A stretch of DNA of 64,000 nt, taken from contig LBWK01000001.1 of assembly GCA_000993565.1 (NCBI GenBank), positions 4,695-68,694 on the forward strand, written 5' to 3'. The DNA is from a candidate division WS6 bacterium GW2011_GWF2_39_15. GTDB taxonomy: Bacteria; Patescibacteriota; Dojkabacteria; SC72. Below the pieces are notes generated by a model. That model was not told the DNA's origin, did not search any database, and worked only from the letters and a program-made list of their open reading frames with translations. The translations under genes and the position numbers were made by a program. Each line of letters starts with the position of its first letter. Positions within the stretch are counted from its first letter, which is position 1. Below are positions 18,758 through 28,935 of this stretch, in pieces.

Positions 18758-20656
18758 ATGTCTCAACCAATTTTACAGGATAAAATTAGAAACGTTGCTA
18801 TCATAGCCCATGTAGATCATGGGAAGACGACTCTTGTTGACGCAATTATGAAGCAGTGCCACCTTTTCAGAGATAATCAGGAAGAGATGGGACAGACTCA
18901 GATACTTGATTCAAATGATTTAGAAAGAGAGAAGGGTATAACAATTCTTGCCAAGAATATTTCAGTTAGGTATCAGGGATATAAAATAAATGTTATAGAT
19001 ACCCCGGGTCATGCTGATTTTGGTGGGGAGGTTGAAAGAACATTGAATATGGCTGAAGGATGTATTTTGCTTGTTGATGCTAGGGAAGGTGTGATGGCTC
19101 AAACCAAAGTGGTTTTAAAGAAAGCTTTGGAGTTAGGGCTAAAAGTTATTGTATTGATAAACAAGATAGATCAGAAGCTGGCAAATGTTAAAGACTCAGA
19201 AAATGAAGTGCAAAATTTGGTTCTAGATCTTGCAACAAGAGATGACCAGCTGGATTTTCCTGTCCTTTACGCTATAAGTCGAGAAGGCAAGGTTTTCACA
19301 CAGATGCCAGAAGGAGATTTAACCGTTCCTAATGTAACAACAGGGAATGTAACTCCACTTCTTGATGCTATTATAAACATTGTTCCTGCCCATGTAGGAG
19401 ATGATAAAGCTCCTTTTCAGATGCAGATAAATGCTATGGAATATGATAGTCATAACGGTAGGTATTTAATAGGGAAGATTAACAGGGGGACTGTAAAACA
19501 GGGACAACCCGTTGTTCTTGTTACGAGTGACGAGGAGAAAGCACAAAAAGTACAAGGCAGAACAAAAAGAATTCTTACCAGAGAAGGCATGGAATGGATT
19601 GATGTTAACGAAGCAAGTGCCGGTGAGATAGTTGCGGTTGCAGGTATAGACTCCACTGCTATTGGAGGAACTCTTTGTGATATCAACAATGTTGAAGCAA
19701 TGCCTGCACTTAAGATCTCTCCCCCTTCAGTATCGATAAAGTTTGAAGCAAATACATCACCATTAGTTGGTAAAGAAGGACAGTTTGTTACGGCATCGCT
19801 TCTTCAAAAAAGGTTAGATCAGGAAAAAGAGAATAACGCAACACTGGAAATTAAGTCAGGAGATGGTGGATCTTATGTTGTTGCAGGTAGAGGAGAGCTT
19901 CAGCTTTCAATACTTATTGAAACCTTAAGACGAGAAGGTTTTGAGTTTCAGGTGAGAAAACCGGAAGTAATTTTGAGAGAAATTGATGGTAAGCTTCACG
20001 AACCGCTTGAAACCTTGTTTATTGAGGTTCCGTCTGAATATCTAAGTGTTGTGACGCAAGCTCTGAGCGATAGAAACGGTCAGATGATTGATATGCGAAA
20101 TATCGGTGGACAAACAAAGTTCGAATACGAAATCTTAACCAGAAATCTTTTTGGACTGAGGAATGACTTAATAACGGCAACTAAAGGTAACCTTATTTTT
20201 GGAAGTTCATTCAAGGAGTATGTACCCAAGCAGGGTGAGAGTAACGTTTATAGAAAGGGAGTTATTATTTCCATGGATAACGGTGAGGCCAGAGCATACG
20301 CCTTAAACATGATTCAAGAGAGAGGACAGTTATTTATCAAGCCAGGTGATGCCGTTTATGAGGGCATGATAATGGGTATGAACAAATATGATGAGGATAT
20401 GGAAGCTAATCCAACTAAAGAAAGGCATAAAACGAGTGTGAGAATGAGTCATGCAGAGGTTACTCAGATTAGTCTTAAACAGTATATGGCTTTAACGTTG
20501 GAATTTGCACTGGCCTTTTTAAAGGAAGATGAAATTCTGGAAGTTACACCAAAAAGCTTGAGATTAAGAAAAGTTCATCTCTCCAAAACCGAAAGAGATT
20601 GGATGAAAAGAAGGAATCTAAGTGAGTTTGCAAAAAAACAGCTTGGGGTTAATTAG
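18758..20656 (+). CDS. typA: Translational GTPase TypA/BipA
   Basis: AHVDHGKTT, DTPGHADFGGEVER, GRGELQL, EVTPKSLRLRK. Confidence 0.97.
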   Translation: MSQPILQDKIRNVAIIAHVDHGKTTLVDAIMKQCHLFRDNQEEMGQTQILDSNDLEREKGITILAKNISVRYQGYKINVIDTPGHADFGGEVERTLNMAEGCILLVDAREGVMAQTKVVLKKALELGLKVIVLINKIDQKLANVKDSENEVQNLVLDLATRDDQLDFPVLYAISREGKVFTQMPEGDLTVPNVTTGNVTPLLDAIINIVPAHVGDDKAPFQMQINAMEYDSHNGRYLIGKINRGTVKQGQPVVLVTSDEEKAQKVQGRTKRILTREGMEWIDVNEASAGEIVAVAGIDSTAIGGTLCDINNVEAMPALKISPPSVSIKFEANTSPLVGKEGQFVTASLLQKRLDQEKENNATLEIKSGDGGSYVVAGRGELQLSILIETLRREGFEFQVRKPEVILREIDGKLHEPLETLFIEVPSEYLSVVTQALSDRNGQMIDMRNIGGQTKFEYEILTRNLFGLRNDLITATKGNLIFGSSFKEYVPKQGESNVYRKGVIISMDNGEARAYALNMIQERGQLFIKPGDAVYEGMIMGMNKYDEDMEANPTKERHKTSVRMSHAEVTQISLKQYMALTLEFALAFLKEDEILEVTPKSLRLRKVHLSKTERDWMKRRNLSEFAKKQLGVN

Positions 20657-21542
20657 AATTCTTTTTTAGAAAACCTTTTGTCTTTTCTATTCTATTTCTA
20701 GTGTTTAAAAGCAGAAAAGTGATTGTTGATAGTGTTAAACCCGCAACTAGAATACCTGCCATCATTGGAGCTTTTACTCGGCTTCTTTCTTTGACTTCAT
20801 ACAGTTTTCTTAAGCGGTCTTCTTCAACCTCAACGGCTTGTTTAACATAACCTTTAACTCCTGTTACTTTGTGAATATCATGGAGCATCCCTTTCCACCT
20901 CAGGAGCGCTGTAATGAGTGATTGCTTCTTTTGTGATTGGTAGAGAGAGAGTAACTTGGGAGCCCTAATAGTTCTTATTCTTTTATTCATATTAATATAG
21001 GCAGTATTAAGCATTACCTCTAACCCATATCTTTCGTCACCGTCAAAATGTATCTTCTCGAAATCTTTTTTCCAAATTGCACGCTCTCCTCCCAGGGGTC
21101 TGGAAACAATAAAATTTGACCACCCGATCGGACTGATATCATCACTTTCCTTGCTAAGAATTGCCATATCTATTTCACCTTTTAAGACAGGTGTAATGAG
21201 CCTATCTAGATGATCGTGAGTTAAAGTTAAGAGATCTGCGTCTATAAAAACAAGAAGTTGACCCTTTGAGTTTGCAACGCCTTTTATTATGGCATTCGTT
21301 TTACCATTATTCGTTTCATTACTTATAACTCTTATTTTTGGATATTCTGTTTCATACTTCATGAAAATATCTCGTGTTTGATCTTTTGAGCCATCATTTA
21401 CGAGTATGATTTCAGAAAAGGGTGAGTAAGAAGAGATTATTTTGAGAACATTCTCAACTGTTTCGCCCTCATTATATGCAGGTATAATACATGAGATTTT
21501 TATATTCTTTTGTGTTAAGAGGTCATTTATTTCATTCTCCAT
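20649..21542 (-). CDS. Glycosyltransferase family 2
   Basis: IIPAYNE, VNDGSKD, FIDAD; C-terminal TM. Confidence 0.9.
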   Translation of the reverse strand: MENEINDLLTQKNIKISCIIPAYNEGETVENVLKIISSYSPFSEIILVNDGSKDQTRDIFMKYETEYPKIRVISNETNNGKTNAIIKGVANSKGQLLVFIDADLLTLTHDHLDRLITPVLKGEIDMAILSKESDDISPIGWSNFIVSRPLGGERAIWKKDFEKIHFDGDERYGLEVMLNTAYINMNKRIRTIRAPKLLSLYQSQKKQSLITALLRWKGMLHDIHKVTGVKGYVKQAVEVEEDRLRKLYEVKERSRVKAPMMAGILVAGLTLSTITFLLLNTRNRIEKTKGFLKKNSN

Positions 21543-21543
21543 G

Positions 21544-22206
21544 TTACCAGTTTATTGGATTCAGTTTGTGTTTAGTTAAATATTCGTTAGTCTTGCTAAA
21601 TGGCTTACTTCCAAAGAATCCTCTGTCAGCAGAGAAAGGTGATGGATGAGGAGAATTGAGAATTAAGTGCTTTGATTCATCTATCACGGCCCCTTTCTTT
21701 TGTGCATATGAACCCCAGAGAATAAAGACAACGTGTTCTTTTTGCTCTGAAACAACTTTTACTATAGCATCAGTGAATTCTTCCCACCCATATCCCTGAT
21801 GTGAGTTTGCTATTCCTGCTTGTACTGTTAAGGTGGCATTCAAGAGCAGCACTCCCTGTTTGGCCCATCTTTGGAGATTTCCGCTTTTGGGAACTGTTAC
21901 TCCTATGTCACTTTTTATTTCCTTATAGATGTTTTGTAGGGAAGGTGGAATTGGTATCCCATCATTTACAGAGAAAGAAAGGCCGTTTGCCTGATTGTAA
22001 CCGTGGTAGGGGTCCTGTCCAAGAATCACCACTTTTACATTATCAAAGGAACAGAGATTTAGTGCGTTGAAAATGAGACTGGCAGGAGGATATATTTTCT
22101 TTGTTTTGTATTGTTCTCTGACAAAGGTTGTTAAGTACTTGAAGTATTCTTTATCAAATTCGTCTTTTAGAAGTGTTTTCCAGCTCTCTTCAAGTTTGAC
22201 ATCCAT
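21544..22206 (-). CDS. ung: Uracil-DNA glycosylase
   Basis: GQDPYH, GVLLLN, HPSPFS. Confidence 0.98.
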   Translation of the reverse strand: MDVKLEESWKTLLKDEFDKEYFKYLTTFVREQYKTKKIYPPASLIFNALNLCSFDNVKVVILGQDPYHGYNQANGLSFSVNDGIPIPPSLQNIYKEIKSDIGVTVPKSGNLQRWAKQGVLLLNATLTVQAGIANSHQGYGWEEFTDAIVKVVSEQKEHVVFILWGSYAQKKGAVIDESKHLILNSPHPSPFSADRGFFGSKPFSKTNEYLTKHKLNPINW

Positions 22207-22208
22207 AG

Positions 22209-24008
22209 TTATATCTTACCAAGTTTTTTGGCTAATGACTCTACTTCATTAAGTAGGGCTTCAATCTGATCCAGCCCTTTATTCCAGAATGCTTTATCGG
22301 TTATATCAATCCCCATTGTTTTAAAGATATCTTTTGGCGATCGCCTTTGCCCTTCAGAAAGAAAAGACTTAACACTTTGTATAAATGTAGGGTCTCTTTT
22401 CACGAAATTCTGTAGAGATTTGGATATAAGTAGTCCGCTTGCATAGGAGTATACGTAAAAGAAATTTCGAATATGGCTCCAATATACCCACCAGTTTTCG
22501 CTACCCTTGTCCTTTGAAACAGAGCTACCCATGTAGGCGAACATATGCTTCGAGAATAAATTACCAATTTCTATTTTAGATAGGTAACCTTTCTCTCTAT
22601 ATTGTTTATGAAGTTCCTGCTCAAACTTGTAAAGAGCGACCTGCCTGAAGATTGATGAGATATCACCGTTCAATTTTTCGAGTTTAAGAATTAGACGCTC
22701 TTTGTCGGAAAGGGTTAAGCTGATCTCGTTAATTATAAAATCCTCAAAAAAGGTGCTAGCTACTTCAGCAGTGCTTGTTGGAGCTCCATAATTAATTTCA
22801 GAGAGGGATTTTTTCATTAGTTCGTTATTTATTCCGTGACCGAATTCATGAGCAATTGTTGTAACATCAGAGATTTTGTCATTATGGTTGAGCAGAATAT
22901 ATGTCGGTAAAGTTGTTTTGTAACCGATGCAGAAAGCACCGCCAATTTTGCCTTTCTTAGGGTTTACATCAACTAAACGTCGATCAAAAAAAAGTTTGGC
23001 AAGATGAAAAAGCTCACTATCAAGTTTTTCAAATGTTCTAAGGACAAGCTTTTTACTTTCATCGAATTTAAACTCAGTTTTTAATTCGCCAATCGGTACG
23101 TTCCTTTCGTGGTATTTAAGCTTCTTTAGCTTAAGAAGTTTCGCTTTCAATTTATAGTATCGCTGAGAGATATCAAATCTGCTTGAGACTGATTTGATGA
23201 GTGAATCAACCACTTCTGAGTCTATATCATCAGAAATATGTCTGCTAACATCAGGCCTCTCTATTTTTCTTAGGTCATCAAGGACCTTTTTATATTCTAG
23301 AATTGAGTTGATCTCTTCTGTGGCTACATCCGCAAATTGAGCATTTATCTCGTGGAGATATTTTCCAGCAAGATCTCGGATTTTTTTATTTGTGGAATTT
23401 GTGGACCCTACTATCTGGTTAAAGGGTTCGATCTGCCTTTTCCCTTTTTCTGTAATCATTTCCCGTTCTTCTTTTGAAAGAAACTCTTCGGTCATTTTAG
23501 TCCAATTTGCATATGCCGGCTTTACCATGAGGTTAAGTATTTTCTCCTCATCATCTGATAGAAGATATTTACCTGATATAAATGTCCTTTCAAGAAAATG
23601 ATTATAGACGGCCAGGTTTTTGTCTTTTAGGAATTTCTTTTGACTGTCAGTAGGAATCCGTGCGATGCTGTTTGTAAAGAATTGGATATCATTTCCCAGT
23701 TTAGTAGCAAAATCTTCAATTTTTGATAACTTGGCTTTGATTTTGGGATCATCCTGTTTTAGCGCCTGTTTAAGCCAGAAGTAGTACATGGGTTTATCAG
23801 CAAGTCCGTAAACAGTGTAAAGATGTTCAAACTCTTTTAAGGCGATGTAAAGAGCTTTGGGATCTTCCAAGTATTTTTTATCTTTTTTCCATTTCTTTAT
23901 GAAACTGTTCCATTCCCTGAGTGTTCCTTCGCAGTCTATTTCTATTTGCGGATCATCGTCTGATTTATATAACAGCCCTAAATCCCATGTGTATTTTTCT
24001 CTTCCCAT
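22209..24008 (-). CDS. pepF: Oligoendopeptidase F (M3B)
   Basis: WDL at N-terminus, GGAFC, HEFGH, AEVAS, FYVYSYA. Confidence 0.92.
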   Translation of the reverse strand: MGREKYTWDLGLLYKSDDDPQIEIDCEGTLREWNSFIKKWKKDKKYLEDPKALYIALKEFEHLYTVYGLADKPMYYFWLKQALKQDDPKIKAKLSKIEDFATKLGNDIQFFTNSIARIPTDSQKKFLKDKNLAVYNHFLERTFISGKYLLSDDEEKILNLMVKPAYANWTKMTEEFLSKEEREMITEKGKRQIEPFNQIVGSTNSTNKKIRDLAGKYLHEINAQFADVATEEINSILEYKKVLDDLRKIERPDVSRHISDDIDSEVVDSLIKSVSSRFDISQRYYKLKAKLLKLKKLKYHERNVPIGELKTEFKFDESKKLVLRTFEKLDSELFHLAKLFFDRRLVDVNPKKGKIGGAFCIGYKTTLPTYILLNHNDKISDVTTIAHEFGHGINNELMKKSLSEINYGAPTSTAEVASTFFEDFIINEISLTLSDKERLILKLEKLNGDISSIFRQVALYKFEQELHKQYREKGYLSKIEIGNLFSKHMFAYMGSSVSKDKGSENWWVYWSHIRNFFYVYSYASGLLISKSLQNFVKRDPTFIQSVKSFLSEGQRRSPKDIFKTMGIDITDKAFWNKGLDQIEALLNEVESLAKKLGKI

Positions 24009-24102
24009 TTTTCTGCTTATGAACTAATCCCGTTAATATTATCCTTTTACATAACCTAAATCAATCTATTCAGATATCTGTATTTATATATTAGAATCTA
24101 CG

Positions 24103-24549
24103 ATGAATTTAGAGAGAGAAAGTGTCATCGAATATTTGGAGGGCTGGGAGACCGTATTTGATTTAGACGCCGGATATATTGAAAACTGGATGGATCCATC
24201 GACAGAGGATAGTTTTATTGTCAGCACGGATCCGCAGGGAAGATTTAAGATGGTTAGGATAAATGTGCGTCATATAAGGTCAAATGAAGTCTATACAACT
24301 ACATTTATGTGGGGAGTAGGGGAAGAGAATAATATATATTCGGGTCTTACAAGTGAAAGAAATGACACTAAACTCTATGCTAGCGGATTTGTTAACGGCC
24401 CGGCGACTTTGATTGCACAGTCGGTTCTTAGTGGATTAAAGTTAAATATTGATAGTTTATTGATGAGTTTAAGTCCTCAAGATTTCACAGCTCTCAGCAG
24501 AATGATGAAGTATGAGATGTCTGTTATTAGAGCATCAAAGGATTTTTAG
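24103..24549 (+). CDS. Hypothetical protein (1 of 3 tandem ~140 aa ORFs)
   Basis: 148 aa ORF filling the gap; no recognised motif. Confidence 0.65.
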   Translation: MNLERESVIEYLEGWETVFDLDAGYIENWMDPSTEDSFIVSTDPQGRFKMVRINVRHIRSNEVYTTTFMWGVGEENNIYSGLTSERNDTKLYASGFVNGPATLIAQSVLSGLKLNIDSLLMSLSPQDFTALSRMMKYEMSVIRASKDF

Positions 24550-24600
24550 CGTATTAGTGGTATAATGCAGTGATATTTATACGATTATCTGAGATATAAT

Positions 24601-25017
24601 ATGACAATTGAAAATAGTCAAACATTTAGAGAGAGCTTAGAGCAGTTAAAAAAAGAGTTTAAACTTAGTGAGGAATTTCCACTCGGATGGGAAATAGACC
24701 GGGGTTTCAATAATTATTGGTATAGAGCTGTGGGGGATTTAGGAGAAGTAAATGCGTCTCTAATATCTCCTGATGGTAGACCGTATAAAGTGACCATTGA
24801 ATGGAGTCGTAGAGAGAAAGCGAGAAGTGCTATAAGTGTGTACAATAAAAGAAATCACCCTATTTTCCCTAATATTGAGAATAGCCCTGATAAAAGAGAG
24901 GAGGCTGTCATGGCAGCGTTGGCAATGGTTTATATCTGCTTTCCGGCTATGGATCTGCAACTTAATGAAGACGATGTTGCCCCTTTATTTCATACATTAA
25001 GGACCTGCCTTCAGTGA
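24601..25017 (+). CDS. Hypothetical protein (2 of 3)
   Basis: 138 aa ORF, TG-g-TATAAT upstream. Confidence 0.65.
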   Translation: MTIENSQTFRESLEQLKKEFKLSEEFPLGWEIDRGFNNYWYRAVGDLGEVNASLISPDGRPYKVTIEWSRREKARSAISVYNKRNHPIFPNIENSPDKREEAVMAALAMVYICFPAMDLQLNEDDVAPLFHTLRTCLQ

Positions 25018-25056
25018 TATAATACTATACAATGTATAAGTTTATAGGACTAAACC

Positions 25057-25479
25057 ATGCCGATTGAAGGATCTACATTTGATGACAAGTATCAGGATTT
25101 AATTTGCGAGATTGGCCTATCTGAAAGCGTGGAATCGATTAAGAGTAGGTATTTAATAGATGACAGAGTGGAAAGGTTTTCATTTGGGCCGGATCCTTAT
25201 GGAGGATCTCTTTTTTATAGAGTAATAGATAATAAAACATCGCATACTTATGAAGTCAGATATACATGGAGTAATGTGAATTTAACTACGAGCCATATTA
25301 AAGTCCTCTCTAAATCAAGTGAAGTTTTAGATCCACAGACACAGGTGGCTATTATTCTTGGAGGATTTTGGGGACTGCAGGACAATCTGGTACGGGTTTT
25401 ATCCTCTGACAAGGCAAGCGAGCTCTTTGATGCTTTTGGGCGGACAATAAGTGCTATTCTCGAACCTAGAAAGGGCTGA
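25057..25479 (+). CDS. Hypothetical protein (3 of 3)
   Basis: 140 aa ORF, AGGA upstream. Confidence 0.65.
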   Translation: MPIEGSTFDDKYQDLICEIGLSESVESIKSRYLIDDRVERFSFGPDPYGGSLFYRVIDNKTSHTYEVRYTWSNVNLTTSHIKVLSKSSEVLDPQTQVAIILGGFWGLQDNLVRVLSSDKASELFDAFGRTISAILEPRKG

Positions 25480-25480
25480 T

Positions 25481-25509
25481 TTGCCAATCCCGATTATCTT
25501 TTGTATACT
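25481..25509 (+). promoter_or_regulatory. sigma70 promoter of ileS leader
   Basis: TTGCCA-N17-TATACT. Confidence 0.7.
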
Positions 25510-25515
25510 TACACC

Positions 25516-25735
25516 ATAATACTTTGATCCGGATATCACCGGGGAGTATCAGGGAGAGCTGCTGACACTATAAGTTAGCGGGGTAAAGACTGACGGAGGG
25601 CAACCGTAATCATATGCTAAACCATTGAAAAGTGGTTAAGGAAAAGTGAGGGTGGTACCGTGTACTACCGTGAATTAGTAGTTCACCCCTCTTTGGAGTT
25701 TAAGATCTTTCTTAGGTTCCAAAGAGGGGCTTTTT
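25516..25735 (+). promoter_or_regulatory. T-box riboswitch (Ile), ultrashort Stem I, with intrinsic terminator
   Basis: GATCCGG-ATATCA-CCGGGGAG with ATC at 25535-25537; Stem II 25549-25593; Stem IIA ACGG/CCGT; GAGGG-TGGTACC-GTG...CAC-CCCTC; terminator 25686-25735. Confidence 0.93.
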
Positions 25736-25759
25736 ATTAAATTAACATATACTTTTAAT

Positions 25760-28651
25760 ATGGGAAAACTTAGAGACGTAAACCAGAGGCAGGATTTTGT
25801 ACAGATGGAAAATGATCTGCTTAAGTGGTGGGACGAAAAGGGTACTGTCCAAAAGTATATGCACAAGAACAATGGGAAAGAGAAAAGATTCAGTTTTATA
25901 GATGGTCCAATAACCGCAAACAATCCCATGGGACTTCACCATGCATGGGCTAGAACATATAAAGACCTAGTATGTAGGTATAAGGGGATGAAAGGATTTG
26001 ATCAAAGATATCAGATGGGATTTGACTGTCAGGGTTTATGGGTGGAGGTAGAAGTTGAAAAGGCACTAGGATTTAACAGCAAGAAGGATATTTATGATTA
26101 TGGACTTGGAAATTTTACGGATGCATGTGTGGCACGTGTGAATAAGTACTCGGCTATACAGACAGAGCAATCTAAAAGACTTGGTATGTTTATGGACTGG
26201 GAAAACTCATACTACACAATGTCTAAAGAAAACAATCTTTATATATGGAACTTCCTAAAGAAATGTCATGAAAAAGGTCTTCTATATAAGAATCATTCTG
26301 CTACAACCTGGTGTCCGCGGTGCGAGACAGGTCTTTCTGAACATGAGAAGGCCGACGGATATAAAGAGATTGAAGATACCTCTGTTTATGTAAAGTTTAG
26401 GATATTAGGAAGGGAAAATGAGTATCTTCTTGCATGGACCACAACACCTTGGACTCTTTCCGCCAATGTTCTACTAGCCGTTAATCCTAAACTTGAGTAT
26501 GTTAAGGCCATTAAAGAAGGTGTTACTTATTACCTTGCTTCAAAACCATCACGGAAGCTTGGCTTTAGTGAGGCCGAAAAGGTTGATGTAAAAGAGCTTC
26601 TGGATATGAAGTATGAGTCGCTTTATGATATTCCTGCCCAAAAGGGAGTTGACCATTATGTTGTTAAGTGGGAGTTGGTGTCAGAAGACGATGGTACAGG
26701 TATAGTTCATATAGCACCGGGATGTGGACAGGAAGACTACGAATTGGGATTAGAAGTAGGAGCTCCGGCTATATCTCCTCTTGATGAGTCAGGAAAGTAT
26801 ACTGAGGGCTATGGCGATTTAACTGGTAAATACGCTCATGATGTGAAAGATGAGGTCTTTGAGTATTTGAAGTCAAAGGACCTTCTCTTTAAAACGGAGA
26901 ACTTTAAACATGTTTATCCTCACTGTTGGAGGTGTAAAACAAAGTGTCTCTTTAGACTTGAGAATAACTGGTTTATAAATCTGGATAAGATAAGAGAGGA
27001 ACTGAAAAAGGAGGCTGAAAAAGCCGATTGGGTGCCTGATTATGCAGGTAAGAGGATGCAGGACTGGTTGAAGAATATGGGGGACTGGATGATATCACGA
27101 AAAAGGTTCTATGGACTTTCGCTACCTTTCTATGAATGTGACTGCGGTGAACTTACCGTAGTAGGAGGGCTTGAAGATCTCAAGAAAGTGGCAGTAGACC
27201 CTTCAAAAGTGGATAATCTTAAAAGTATCCATAGACCATGGGTTGATGAGATAGAGATCAAGTGTCCAAAGTGCGGAAAGGATGTGTCAAGAGTTTCAGA
27301 TGTGGGTGACTGCTGGCTTGATGCAGGAGTTGTGCCGTTCTCAACGCTTAAGTATCTGGAAGACAAGAGTTACTGGGAGAAGTGGTTCCCTGCTGATTAT
27401 GTTACTGAGATGATAGAACAGGTCCGCCTCTGGTTCTATTCTATGCTTGTTTTTGGTGTTGTTATGGAAGGAAAAGTCCCATATAAAAAGGTCTTAACTT
27501 TTGCCGAGATGCGGGATGAGAGCAACGATAAGATGAGTAAAACGAAGAAGAACTATATACCGTTTGATGAAGCTGCTGACAAAGTGGGTTCCGATCTTAT
27601 TCGTTGGAACTTTGCCTTATCTCCATATGGAAAGAATGTAAGATTTGGGTGGAGTGTTATAGAAGATGCAAGGAGGCAGTTTATGCTTCCTTTATGGAAC
27701 TCGTATGTATACTTTGTGACATATGCCAAACTGCATAACTGGGAGTATGATAAAAGCTTTGATGAGAATAAGCTTAGCGATCTAATGGATAGATGGGTTG
27801 TTAATGCAACAAAAAATGTCGCAATAGAAGTTAATAGTGCTATGGATAATTACAGCTTCTATACGGCTGCTACAAGGCTTCAGGACTATGTTATGGACCT
27901 TTCCACCTGGTACATACGAAGATCCAGAGATAGATTTAAAGGAGGAAATCCTGATGCACTTAATACCCTGTATTACGCCCTTGTCTCTCTCGTAAAGCTT
28001 CTGGCTCCTTTTATGCCGTTTATCACTGAGGAGATGTATCAAAACCTCGTTATAGGGGCTGATGGAGATAATGCGAAAGAGTCGGTTCATCTTGAGGATT
28101 ACCCAGAGTTTACGGAGGCTGATCTTGATCTCAAAGTTCTGGAAACAATGGAGAAAGTTAGAAAGCTATCCTCCATTGGCCTTAAAATAAGAGATGAGAA
28201 GAAAATAAAATTGAGACAGCCACTTGGTCTTGCCTATACTAATTTGAAAGAAGAACAGTACCTTCCAATTCTTCAGTCTGAGTTGAATGTATCTGAAGTC
28301 AAATATACCGAGAAAGAAGTTGCAGGTGATAACCTTACCACATTGAAAGATGGCCTTGATTTTATAACACTGAGTACTGAGCTCACTAAGGAACTTAAAC
28401 AAGCCGGACTATATAGAGAAGTTGCGAGAGCAGTTCAAAATCTTCGGAAAGAAGCTGGATTGGTTGTAGGGCAGAAAGTTCGTGTTCTGTTAAATACACA
28501 ATCGGATCTTCTCAAATCTGTGGTTTCTGATAATATTGATAAGCTAGCAACTGATGTTGGAGCCACAAGTGTAAAATTGGAGGATAGCTTAGATAACGCA
28601 ATGTTAACTGTTGTGGAGAGTCAGGAGCTGGCTGTTAAATTTGAGAAGTAA
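25760..28651 (+). CDS. ileS: Isoleucine--tRNA ligase, type 2
   Basis: DGPITAN, GLHH, GFDCQGL, WTTTPWTL, GTGIVH.APG, WMISR, KMSK, WYIRRSR; Ile-specifier T-box upstream. Confidence 0.96.
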   Translation: MGKLRDVNQRQDFVQMENDLLKWWDEKGTVQKYMHKNNGKEKRFSFIDGPITANNPMGLHHAWARTYKDLVCRYKGMKGFDQRYQMGFDCQGLWVEVEVEKALGFNSKKDIYDYGLGNFTDACVARVNKYSAIQTEQSKRLGMFMDWENSYYTMSKENNLYIWNFLKKCHEKGLLYKNHSATTWCPRCETGLSEHEKADGYKEIEDTSVYVKFRILGRENEYLLAWTTTPWTLSANVLLAVNPKLEYVKAIKEGVTYYLASKPSRKLGFSEAEKVDVKELLDMKYESLYDIPAQKGVDHYVVKWELVSEDDGTGIVHIAPGCGQEDYELGLEVGAPAISPLDESGKYTEGYGDLTGKYAHDVKDEVFEYLKSKDLLFKTENFKHVYPHCWRCKTKCLFRLENNWFINLDKIREELKKEAEKADWVPDYAGKRMQDWLKNMGDWMISRKRFYGLSLPFYECDCGELTVVGGLEDLKKVAVDPSKVDNLKSIHRPWVDEIEIKCPKCGKDVSRVSDVGDCWLDAGVVPFSTLKYLEDKSYWEKWFPADYVTEMIEQVRLWFYSMLVFGVVMEGKVPYKKVLTFAEMRDESNDKMSKTKKNYIPFDEAADKVGSDLIRWNFALSPYGKNVRFGWSVIEDARRQFMLPLWNSYVYFVTYAKLHNWEYDKSFDENKLSDLMDRWVVNATKNVAIEVNSAMDNYSFYTAATRLQDYVMDLSTWYIRRSRDRFKGGNPDALNTLYYALVSLVKLLAPFMPFITEEMYQNLVIGADGDNAKESVHLEDYPEFTEADLDLKVLETMEKVRKLSSIGLKIRDEKKIKLRQPLGLAYTNLKEEQYLPILQSELNVSEVKYTEKEVAGDNLTTLKDGLDFITLSTELTKELKQAGLYREVARAVQNLRKEAGLVVGQKVRVLLNTQSDLLKSVVSDNIDKLATDVGATSVKLEDSLDNAMLTVVESQELAVKFEK

Positions 28652-28656
28652 CTTAA

Positions 28657-28935
28657 ATGCAAAGAGGAGTGTTAAAGCTTAACTTGATTGAGCTTAAAGA
28701 GTTGTTGAATGTTTTTGATGTGAACGTACATAGTGACATGCATCTATCGGATAAACTGTTAGCTGGTTTGAGATCCGGCATGGATCCTGTTGGGATTGAA
28801 GTCTCTGAGGATGAATTGGAAACACTAAGTGATGAGCTTGGAGGGCCTCAGTCTAGTGATACTACTGAAATGAAGGGTGTCAGAGAAAAAATATCTCTAT
28901 TGATGTCTCAGTTCAGGAATACTTTTGGAGTTTAA
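28657..28935 (+). CDS. Small hypothetical protein
   Basis: 92 aa ORF directly after ileS. Confidence 0.6.
   Translation: MQRGVLKLNLIELKELLNVFDVNVHSDMHLSDKLLAGLRSGMDPVGIEVSEDELETLSDELGGPQSSDTTEMKGVREKISLLMSQFRNTFGV

Noticed and set aside
25675-25942. Minus-strand ORFs over the ileS leader
   Set aside because: Antisense shadows of the T-box and ileS
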